Origin: a virus
Lineage: Duplodnaviria; Heunggongvirae; Uroviricota; Caudoviricetes
DNA: 7,280 nt
Reading direction: 5' to 3' (one strand)
Virus record (IMG/VR): IMGVR_UViG_2537561605_000013
Below are positions 1-5,633 of this stretch, piece by piece. Each line of letters begins with the position of its first letter. Within the stretch, counting starts at the first letter, position 1. A program made the position numbers and the translations under genes. Under the pieces are notes generated by a model, which searched no databases, was not told the DNA's origin, and worked only from the letters and a program-made list of their open reading frames with translations.

Positions 1-151
1 GAAAAACCGTGCAGAAGTGGAACTGGCCACACTAACGTGGGTGGACTGGTATAACAATCGACGATTGCTGGGAAGGCTGGGCCATACTCCTCCGGCAGAA
101 GCAGAAAAAGCTTATTATGCTTCCATCGGAAACGATGATCTGGCAGCCTGA
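1..151 (+). CDS. IS3-family transposase (OrfB, integrase-like DDE), C-terminal fragment; 5' end lies outside the window
   Basis: Frame 2 reads ...KNRAEVELATLTWVDWYNNRRLLGRLGHTPPAEAEKAYYASIGNDDLAA to a TGA stop at 149-151. The WVDWYNNRRL...PPAEAE tail is typical of IS3-family OrfB C-termini. Recognised by eye, not searched. Confidence 0.7.
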   Translation, partial: KNRAEVELATLTWVDWYNNRRLLGRLGHTPPAEAEKAYYASIGNDDLAA

Positions 152-193
152 GTTCACAGATAAAACACTCTCCAGGAAACCCGGGGCGGTTCA
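1..193. mobile_element. Right end of an IS3-family insertion sequence; exact terminus uncertain (about 160-205)
   Basis: The transposase stop is at 151, and IS3-family right inverted repeats normally end within tens of bp of that stop in ...CA. A candidate ...GGTTCA ends at 193. The left IR is not in the window, so the boundary cannot be confirmed. Confidence 0.45.
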
Positions 194-205
194 GTTAGTT
201 TCTCC

Positions 206-294
206 ACAAAACAGAGAAGAACACCTGCGGTGGCAGCCGCCCGGATGGATTGGGTTATGAGCCCGTCGTCCGATGATGTTCTTCTCTGTTTTGT
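206..294. repeat. Perfect 18-bp inverted repeat (ACAAAACAGAGAAGAACA at 206-223; TGTTCTTCTCTGTTTTGT at 277-294) around a 53-bp GC-rich spacer
   Basis: Read directly: the two arms are exact reverse complements. The spacer contains a smaller GCGG/CCGC palindrome. Confidence 0.75.
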
Positions 295-340
295 AAAAAG
301 AGCGGTACCAGCCGGAAGCAAGTGTACAAACTGGTACCGC
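292..340 (-). terminator. Candidate intrinsic terminator for leftward transcription
   Basis: A 10-bp stem (GCGGTACCAG at 302-311, CTGGTACCGC at 331-340) is followed on the minus strand by TCTTTTTAC. The loop is unusually large (19 nt), so confidence is low. Confidence 0.3.
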
Positions 341-764
341 CAAAGCAGTGGCTGTTGTGGTGACCGGTGCTGATCTCCGGCTTGCGGTTATTTCAGACTC
401 TCACGGGCATTTAATTGCCCCGCCGAACAGCTCTTTTCCGCAATATCTGCAATGTCTTTCGCGCATCAGCCTGCGCATTCACCACAACGCTGAGAGCACT
501 TAGCCAGTTACGGCACCACACTTTGTCGCGGTTCCATAAATGCCCTCATCGTTGCACCCTGGTCTCTTCCCAGGCGTCAAACCGAATCGCCACGCTGGTT
601 AGGCGTCTTATCAGCATCATCATTGACTTGCACATTCCGGCTACCTGGTTTGTTTGCCCGAGCAAGGAGTGGATTGTCCCCTTTAACGTCCCCAGACCGC
701 TAACGACGCATGTGCCATACGCCGTGTTACAACCAAATTTTGTTAGTACCTTGTTTGTTTGTCT

Positions 765-830
765 GGAAAGAAAGATAAAATGAAGTTGCGCATTATGCAA
801 GTGTTTTTGTTGCGAGATATGCAATTTGAT
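765..830 (-). promoter_or_regulatory. Putative OL/pL: two operator copies plus a leftward sigma70-like promoter
   Basis: TTGCGCATTATGCAA (786-800) and TTGCGAGATATGCAA (810-824) match the TTGC-N7-GCAA pattern of the cI-cro intergenic operators. On the minus strand a -35 TTGCAT (complement of 795-800) and a -10 TATCTT (complement of 772-777) are separated by 17 bp. Confidence 0.5.
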
Positions 831-832
831 GG

Positions 833-859
833 GTAATGAAAAGCCACCTTCGGGTGGCT
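833..859 (-). terminator. Intrinsic terminator downstream of the repressor gene
   Basis: A 7-bp stem (AGCCACC / GGTGGCT) with a TTCG loop at 842-859 is followed on the minus strand by TTTTCATT, about 20 nt past the cI stop at 880-882. Confidence 0.55.
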
Positions 860-879
860 AATTGATGAGGAGGTAAGGG

Positions 880-1572
880 TTAATTGTGTCGCTTAAGGGT
901 TTGTGACTGGCTGATTAAGACCTTTCCAAAGACCATAAACCGGTGTTCATTTTCGCTGGTAATTCCCCATTCACGGTAAATCTGGTTATCAGAAATCACC
1001 AGTAGTTTGTCAGGTATCATTTGCAGTCGTTTGACATATATTTTGTCATCAAAACCAAAGACATATATACCATCTCCATCAAACTGATTGATACTGACAT
1101 CAACGAAGATGAGATCTCCTGGCTCAATGGTTGGACACATACTGTCCCCACGAACGTTGATAACTTTAATGTGATTGGCTGGTCGTCCGCCGAACATTGA
1201 TACAGCATTATCAGTTCTGTATTCAATGGCATGAATCACATCAATGACATCACCGCCCTGGATAAGGCCATTTCCCGCACTGGCACTGACATCCAGCATT
1301 TCAATACGGAATACATCCTTCACCTGCGCAACATCCTCACTAATACTGTTTTTACATACAGTATTACTTTTGAAGTCTGAGGTAAAGAGATCAGCAATAT
1401 CAACACCTAAGCTCCTGGCAATATTACTCAGGGCTTGTTCAGTGAATTGTTTCTGCTTACCTGTTTCCAGGCGTGAGATATTCGCCGCATCCACTCCTAT
1501 TGCTTCAGCGAGATCGGCTATTTTCATGTTCTTCGCTTGGCGAAGTTGTCTGACTCGGTTTCCTATGTTCAT
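880..1572 (-). CDS. cI: cI-type prophage repressor with N-terminal HTH (XRE-like) and C-terminal S24 LexA-like autopeptidase domain
   Basis: 230-aa ORF. The N-terminus has IADLAEAIGVDAANISRLETGKQ (HTH). The C-terminus has GDSM (catalytic Ser) and IYVKRL (catalytic Lys region). It is divergent from a Cro-like gene across an operator-rich intergenic region. Confidence 0.9.
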   Translation of the reverse strand: MNIGNRVRQLRQAKNMKIADLAEAIGVDAANISRLETGKQKQFTEQALSNIARSLGVDIADLFTSDFKSNTVCKNSISEDVAQVKDVFRIEMLDVSASAGNGLIQGGDVIDVIHAIEYRTDNAVSMFGGRPANHIKVINVRGDSMCPTIEPGDLIFVDVSINQFDGDGIYVFGFDDKIYVKRLQMIPDKLLVISDNQIYREWGITSENEHRFMVFGKVLISQSQTLKRHN

Positions 1573-1669
1573 GCGTTTATTACATTTCTTTATTGCGTGA
1601 TAAGCAAATCAACTTGCGCAAAATAATTGCGTGAAATAACATGCATAACGCGCAATATTTGGAGGGCGT
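1573..1669. promoter_or_regulatory. Divergent OR-like region with repeated operator sites and a strong RBS for the Cro-like gene
   Basis: TTGCGTGATAAGCAA (1593-1607) and TTGCGCGTTATGCAT (reverse complement of 1641-1655) fit TTGC-N7-GCAT/A. Extra TTGCG half-sites sit at 1614-1632. GGAGGG at 1661-1666 precedes the ATG at 1670. Exact -10/-35 elements were not resolved. Confidence 0.7.
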
Positions 1670-1930
1670 ATGCAATCACCATTACGAAATGTGCGTAAGG
1701 CGCATGGTTTCACTTTGCAGCATGTTGCTGCGGGTGTTCAAGTCAATCCAGCGACGTTGAGTCGTATTGAGAGGCTGGAGCAGATTCCATCTATCGAGCT
1801 TGCAGAACGTTTAGCCAATTTTTTTAAGGGTGAAGTCAGCGAAATGCAGATTCTTTATCCGGCACGTTTTCAATCTAGCCAAAACCAGAATGGGTTTAAA
1901 CCACAGGAACAGGAGGTAAGCCGTGGGTAA
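1670..1930 (+). CDS. Cro-like small HTH regulator
   Basis: 86-aa ORF with an HTH (FTLQHVAAGVQVNPATLSRIERLEQ), divergent from the cI-like gene and preceded by an RBS. Confidence 0.8.
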   Translation: MQSPLRNVRKAHGFTLQHVAAGVQVNPATLSRIERLEQIPSIELAERLANFFKGEVSEMQILYPARFQSSQNQNGFKPQEQEVSRG

Positions 1931-2474
1931 GCATCACTGGAAAGTAGAAAAACAGCCTGAGTGGTACGTGAAAGCTGTCAGAAAAACTATCGCAGCGTTG
2001 CCGGGGGGGTACGCTGAAGCTGCTGACTGGCTGGATGTAACAGAGAACGCATTATTTAACCGCCTTCGTGCCGATGGCGATCAGATTTTCCCGCTGGGAT
2101 GGGCAATGATTTTGCAACGTGCTGGTGGAACTCACTTCATTGCTGACGCTGTGGCGCAGTCTGCAAATGGCGTCTTTGTGTCTCTTCCTGATGTCGAGGA
2201 TGTGGACAACGCCGATATCAACCAACGCCTGCTGGAGGTCATTGAACAGATCGGCAGTTATTCAAAACAGATTCGTTCAGCAATTGAAGACGGTGTAGTG
2301 GAACCGCATGAGAAGACAGCAATTAACGACGAGCTGTACCTCTCAATTTCGAAGCTGCAGGAGCATGCAGCACTGGTCTACAAAATTTTTTGCATTTCAG
2401 AAAGTAATGACGCCCGCGAGTGTGCAGCTCCGGGCGCCGTGGCGTGTCGTGACTGTGGAGAAACTAACGCATGA
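1923..2474 (+). CDS. CII-like phage regulatory protein (Phage_CP76-like)
   Basis: 183-aa ORF with a GTG start at 1923, preceded by AGGAGG (1911-1916), overlapping the Cro stop. The motif [22 protein letters not shown]...IADAVAQS resembles the CP76 family of CII-like regulators. Family call is from memory. Confidence 0.7.
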   Translation: MGKHHWKVEKQPEWYVKAVRKTIAALPGGYAEAADWLDVTENALFNRLRADGDQIFPLGWAMILQRAGGTHFIADAVAQSANGVFVSLPDVEDVDNADINQRLLEVIEQIGSYSKQIRSAIEDGVVEPHEKTAINDELYLSISKLQEHAALVYKIFCISESNDARECAAPGAVACRDCGETNA

Positions 2475-2809
2475 ACAGTTTAACAACACACTACCGTCGC
2501 TCGCAACTGATTGCACTTCCTGTACCGGGTGGAAAAGCGAAGGTGGAGTATTGCTATGCAGTGAATGTACCAGGTGACAGGGAAATTGTAACCCACAGCT
2601 TTGCAGAGTGGGCTGTGGGTGATTTCAACAGGCAAAAGGAGACAGTCCTTTGCGACAAGTTAACCGCTGGTTCAAAGATCACTACGGAGTGCCCGTCAGA
2701 GTCATTCGTTGGGAACCGGAAACACAACGGGTTATCTACCTCCGCGAAGGCTATGAGCATGAGTGCTTCAGCCCGCTCGAACAGTTTCGTCGTAAATTCA
2801 GGGAAATAG
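2471..2809 (+). CDS. Hypothetical protein; the 3' half of this frame looks non-coding (see findings)
   Basis: ATG at 2471 overlaps the upstream stop (ATGA) and is the only open frame over 2471-2650. After about 2650 this frame gives low-complexity, rare-codon sequence while frame +1 gives a protein-like product. Confidence 0.45.
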   Translation: MNSLTTHYRRSQLIALPVPGGKAKVEYCYAVNVPGDREIVTHSFAEWAVGDFNRQKETVLCDKLTAGSKITTECPSESFVGNRKHNGLSTSAKAMSMSASARSNSFVVNSGK

Positions 2810-2829
2810 AGGTCGGTCATGAGCACTAA
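2650..2829 (+). CDS. Hypothetical small protein (59 aa, TTG start), or the C-terminal part of a frameshifted upstream gene
   Basis: AAGGAG at 2636-2641 sits 8 nt before the TTG at 2650. The product ...[58 protein letters not shown] is protein-like. Its stop (2827-2829) overlaps the next gene's ATG at 2819. Confidence 0.4.
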   Translation: MRQVNRWFKDHYGVPVRVIRWEPETQRVIYLREGYEHECFSPLEQFRRKFREIEVGHEH

Positions 2830-3760
2830 ATTAACCGGCTATGTATGGGATGGTTGCGCTGCGTCAGGCATGAAGTTATCCAGCGTGGCAATTATGGCCC
2901 GCCTGGCTGATTTCAGTAATGACGAAGGTGTGTGCTGGCCATCAATTGAAACCATTGCCCGCCAGATTGGCGCGGGGATGAGCACCGTCAGAACGGCTAT
3001 CGCACGGCTGGAAGCAGAAGGCTGGTTAACGCGTAAGGCGCGTCGCCAGGGTAACCGCAATGCGTCGAATGTTTATCAGCTTAACGTTGCGAAGCTTCAG
3101 GCAGCGGCATTTTCTCAACTGTCAGATTCTGACCCGTCAAAATCTGACGCATCAAAATCTGACCCGTCAAAATTTGATGCGTCGAAATCTGGCAAAAAAG
3201 CGGGTTTTCACCCGTCAGAATCTGGCGGGGATCCGTCAGTAAAATCAAAACATGATCCGTCAGATAAAAAACCTTCTCGTCCGGACGCTTCGCAACCGGA
3301 CACGCAGACGGATGAACAGGATTTTTTAACTCGCCATCCTGATGCGGTTGTATTCAGCCCTAAAAAGCGCCAGTGGGGGACGCAGGATGATTTGACCTGT
3401 GCACAGTGGCTCTGGAAAAAAATCATCGCCCTGTACGAGCATGCCGCCGAATGTGACGGCGAGGTGGTTCGTCCCAAAGAACCGAACTGGACAGCCTGGG
3501 CAAACGAAATTCGCCTGATGTGTGTGCAGGATGGTCGTACTCATAAACAAATCTGCGAGATGTACAGCCGCGTCAGTCGCGATCCGTTCTGGTGCCGTAA
3601 CGTGCTCAGCCCGTCGAAGCTGCGGGAAAAATGGGATGAGCTTTCCCTGCGCTTATCGCCGTCCGTCAGCACGTACACCGAAAAACGCGAGGACCCGTAC
3701 TTCAAAGCCAGTTACGACAACGTGGACTACAGCCAGATCCCGGCAGGATTCAGGGGGTGA
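2819..3760 (+). CDS. Phage replication initiator, lambda-O-like, with N-terminal winged-helix DNA-binding domain and an iteron-encoding linker
   Basis: 313-aa ORF. The N-terminus (VAIMARLADFSNDEGVCWPSIETIARQIGAGMSTVRTAIARLEAEGWL) looks like a replication-initiator HTH. A low-complexity linker (SDSDPSKSDASKSDPSKFDASKS...) is encoded by tandem DNA repeats, as in lambda O. Confidence 0.8.
   Translation: MSTKLTGYVWDGCAASGMKLSSVAIMARLADFSNDEGVCWPSIETIARQIGAGMSTVRTAIARLEAEGWLTRKARRQGNRNASNVYQLNVAKLQAAAFSQLSDSDPSKSDASKSDPSKFDASKSGKKAGFHPSESGGDPSVKSKHDPSDKKPSRPDASQPDTQTDEQDFLTRHPDAVVFSPKKRQWGTQDDLTCAQWLWKKIIALYEHAAECDGEVVRPKEPNWTAWANEIRLMCVQDGRTHKQICEMYSRVSRDPFWCRNVLSPSKLREKWDELSLRLSPSVSTYTEKREDPYFKASYDNVDYSQIPAGFRG
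3115..3275. repeat. Iteron array (putative ori) inside the initiator gene
   Basis: Five tandem ~15-bp units begin at about 3119, 3134, 3149, 3164 and 3180 (core (C)CGTCA(A/G)AATCTGAC). Further CCGTCAG motifs at 3211, 3233 and 3257 are interspersed with A-rich tracts. Confidence 0.7.
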
Positions 3761-3762
3761 TT

Positions 3763-4251
3763 ATGAGTCTTTTGAATGAAGTTCAGAAATTCATTGAAGC
3801 CCATCCGGGGTGTACTTCCGGAGACATTGCGGATGCTTTTGCAGGTTACTCACGGCAGCGCGTTCTGCAGTCTGCAAGCAAGTTACGTCAGAGTGGGCGT
3901 GTGGCTCACCGTTGTGAAGGAGATACACGCAGACATTTCCCGCGCCTGACTGAGAGAGCGCAGGAGCCGGAACCACAACCAGTTCGTGAAACCAGACCTG
4001 TGCGCAATTTCTATGTCGGCACTAACGACCCCCGGGTGATTTTGTGCCTGACCCGCCAGGCTGAAGAACTGGAGTCCAGGGGCTTATTCCGTCGAGCTGC
4101 AACGGTGTGGATGGAGGCATTCCGTGAAAGCCACTCCCAGCCAGAACGAAACAATTTTCTGGCGCGTCGTGAGCGGTGTTTACGGAAAAGCAGCAAGCGG
4201 GCTGCATCAGGTGAAGAGTGGTATCTGTCAGGGAATTACGTGGGGGCTTAA
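3763..4251 (+). CDS. PerC-like transcriptional regulator with an N-terminal extension
   Basis: ORF ends at TAA 4249-4251. The start is ATG 3763 (or GTG 3757, overlapping the upstream stop). The C-terminal motif AEELESRGLFRRAATVWMEAF...ARRERCL resembles the PerC/Pch family (from memory). Confidence 0.6.
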   Translation: MSLLNEVQKFIEAHPGCTSGDIADAFAGYSRQRVLQSASKLRQSGRVAHRCEGDTRRHFPRLTERAQEPEPQPVRETRPVRNFYVGTNDPRVILCLTRQAEELESRGLFRRAATVWMEAFRESHSQPERNNFLARRERCLRKSSKRAASGEEWYLSGNYVGA

Positions 4252-4904
4252 TGAGTAATAAATATTGCCAGGCGCTGGTGGAGCTGCGGAACAAACCAGC
4301 CCATGAACTGAAGGAAGTGGGCGATCAGTGGCGCACGCCGGACAACATTTTCTGGGGAATTAACACCCTGTTTGGCCCGTTTGTTCTGGATCTGTTCACT
4401 GACGGTGATAACGCCAAATGTGCCGCTTATTACACTGCGGAAGACAACGCGCTGGCGCATGACTGGTCAGAACGTCTTGCGGAGCTTAAAGGTGCTGCCT
4501 TTGGTAATCCCCCATACAGCCGCGCCAGTCAGCATGAGGGGCAATACATCACCGGCATGCGTTACATCATGAAACATGCCAGTGCCATGCGTGATAAGGG
4601 CGGGCGCTATGTTTTCCTGATCAAAGCTGCCACCAGCGAAGTGTGGTGGCCGGAAGATGCGGATCATATTGCTTTTATTCGCGGGCGTATTGGTTTTGAA
4701 CTGCCTGCCTGGTTTATCCCGAAGGATGAGAAGCAGGTGCCGACAGGCGCTTTCTTCGCTGGTGCTATTGCTGTTTTCGATAAGACCTGGAAGGGACCGG
4801 CAATCAGCTACATCGGGCGCTATGAACTTGAGGCATGTGGTGAGGCGTTTCTGGCGCAGGTTCGCCAGCAGGCAGAAAAACTGGTCAGGGAGATGGCGGC
4901 ATGA
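4251..4904 (+). CDS. Phage Dam-type DNA N6-adenine methyltransferase
   Basis: ATG at 4251 overlaps the upstream stop (TAATG). The product has the (D/N)PPY motif (FGNPPYS) and the general layout of small phage Dam-family methyltransferases. Confidence 0.8.
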   Translation: MSNKYCQALVELRNKPAHELKEVGDQWRTPDNIFWGINTLFGPFVLDLFTDGDNAKCAAYYTAEDNALAHDWSERLAELKGAAFGNPPYSRASQHEGQYITGMRYIMKHASAMRDKGGRYVFLIKAATSEVWWPEDADHIAFIRGRIGFELPAWFIPKDEKQVPTGAFFAGAIAVFDKTWKGPAISYIGRYELEACGEAFLAQVRQQAEKLVREMAA

Positions 4905-5227
4905 CGACGTTAACTCAATGCCAGCAGCAGGTGCTGGATATGCTGATTTCTTATCAGAAAGAACGTGGCTTCCCGCCAACCAATCAGGAGGTGGCAACCA
5001 TGCTGGGATACCGTTCAGTGAATGCAGAGGTGGAGCATCTTCGCGCACTGGAGAAAAAAGGCGTCATCACGATAAAGCGTGGCGTGGCCCGGGGGATAAC
5101 GCTTCATACCGCGGTGAAGGACGACGACAGCGAGGCGGTCGGGATTATCCGCGCACTGCTTGCCGGTGAGGAAAACGCAAGGCTGCGTGCAACCCACTGG
5201 TTACATGAGAGGGACCTGAAAGTATGA
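4901..5227 (+). CDS. LexA N-terminal DNA-binding-domain protein (no S24 peptidase domain)
   Basis: 108-aa ORF whose ATG overlaps the Dam stop (ATGA). Residues ~7-70 (QQQVLDMLISYQKERGFPPTNQEVATMLGYRSVNAEVEHLRALEKKGVITIKRGVARGITL) align closely with the LexA winged-helix domain. The remaining ~35 aa are unrelated to the LexA protease domain. Confidence 0.75.
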   Translation: MTTLTQCQQQVLDMLISYQKERGFPPTNQEVATMLGYRSVNAEVEHLRALEKKGVITIKRGVARGITLHTAVKDDDSEAVGIIRALLAGEENARLRATHWLHERDLKV

Positions 5228-5614
5228 AGCTGATCCTGCCTTTTCCGCCCAGCGTGAACACGTACTGGCGACACCCCAACAAAGGGGCGTTTGCTGGTAA
5301 GAGCCTGATAAGCGCGGCGGGGCGAAAATTCCAGAGCGCGGCGTGCGCAGCAATAGTTGAGCAGTTACGTCGTCTGCCGAAACCAACGTCGGCACCTGCT
5401 TCAGTGGAGATCGTGTTGTTTCCTCCGGATAACCGGATCCGCGATCTGGACAACTATAACAAAGGCGCTGTTTGACGCCCTGACCCACGCGGGTGTGTGG
5501 GAAGACGACAGTCAGGTGAAAAGAATGCTGGTGGAGTGGGGACCGGTTATCCCGGAAGGGAAGGTCGAGATCACTATCAGTAAGTACGAGAAAACGGCGG
5601 GTGCAGCCGCCTGA
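5224..5614 (+). pseudogene. rusA: RusA-family Holliday-junction resolvase, frameshifted
   Basis: Frame 1 (5224-5475) gives MKLILPFPPSVNTYWRH...PPDNRIRDLDNYNKGAV*. Frame 2 continues ALFDALTHAGVWEDDSQVKRMLVEWGPVIPEGKVEITISKYE to a stop at 5612-5614. The two parts together span a RusA-like protein. An apparent 1-nt insertion lies near 5464-5466 (AACAAAGGCGCTG). Confidence 0.7.
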
Positions 5615-5633
5615 TTAAGAGGAGAAACGAAGT

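Noticed and set aside
406-440. Possible nut-like boxB hairpin (GGGCA-TTTAAT-TGCCC at 406-421) with a nearby GCTCTTTT boxA-like string
   Set aside because: On either strand the order and orientation do not match a canonical boxA-then-boxB nut site, the loop is not GNRA-like, and it lies about 350 nt from the putative pL start. Too weak to call.
415-783. 122-aa plus-strand ORF in the IS-to-pL interval
   Set aside because: The product is Cys/His/Arg-rich with no recognisable domain. It starts at a TTG with no RBS and runs against the expected leftward transcription. Treated as a chance ORF.
546-824. 92-aa minus-strand ORF starting inside the OL operators
   Set aside because: Its TTG start lies within the operator and upstream of the putative pL -10, and the sequence is low-complexity. 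It is not N-like (no Arg-rich motif).
1244-1600. 118-aa plus-strand ORF (and the 71-aa minus ORF at 1017-1232) inside the cI gene
   Set aside because: Both lie within the well-supported cI-like repressor CDS. No RBS or domain evidence.
2308-2577. 89-aa plus-strand ORF overlapping the 3' end of the CII-like gene
   Set aside because: Alternate frame of a supported gene, with a Cys/Ser/Thr-rich product and no RBS.
2630-2652. Programmed -1 ribosomal frameshift at the CAAAAGG run
   Set aside because: The heptamer is not a canonical X-XXY-YYZ slippery site and no downstream pseudoknot or hairpin is evident. An indel or two separate genes is more parsimonious.
2554-3550. Minus-strand ORFs 2554-2826, 2839-3060, 3208-3477 and 3326-3550, and plus ORF 3060-3242
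   Set aside because: All are antisense or alternate-frame to the small ORFs and the replication initiator. The 3060-3242 ORF is the iteron repeats read in another frame (repetitive TRQNL peptide).
3522-4460. ORFs 3522-3779 (plus) and 3791-3976, 4011-4196, 4022-4294, 4248-4460 (minus)
   Set aside because: They overlap the initiator, PerC-like and Dam genes in other frames or strands, with biased composition and no start signals.
4467-5048. 193-aa ORF antisense to the Dam and LexA-DBD genes
   Set aside because: The sense strand encodes proteins with clear conserved motifs (NPPY; LexA winged helix). The antisense product is Pro/Leu/Ser-rich with no features. Long antisense ORFs are expected at this GC content.
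4657-5169. 170-aa plus-strand ORF in an alternate frame across Dam and LexA-DBD
   Set aside because: The product is Arg/Gly-rich and implausible, and it fully overlaps genes with recognisable domains in another frame.
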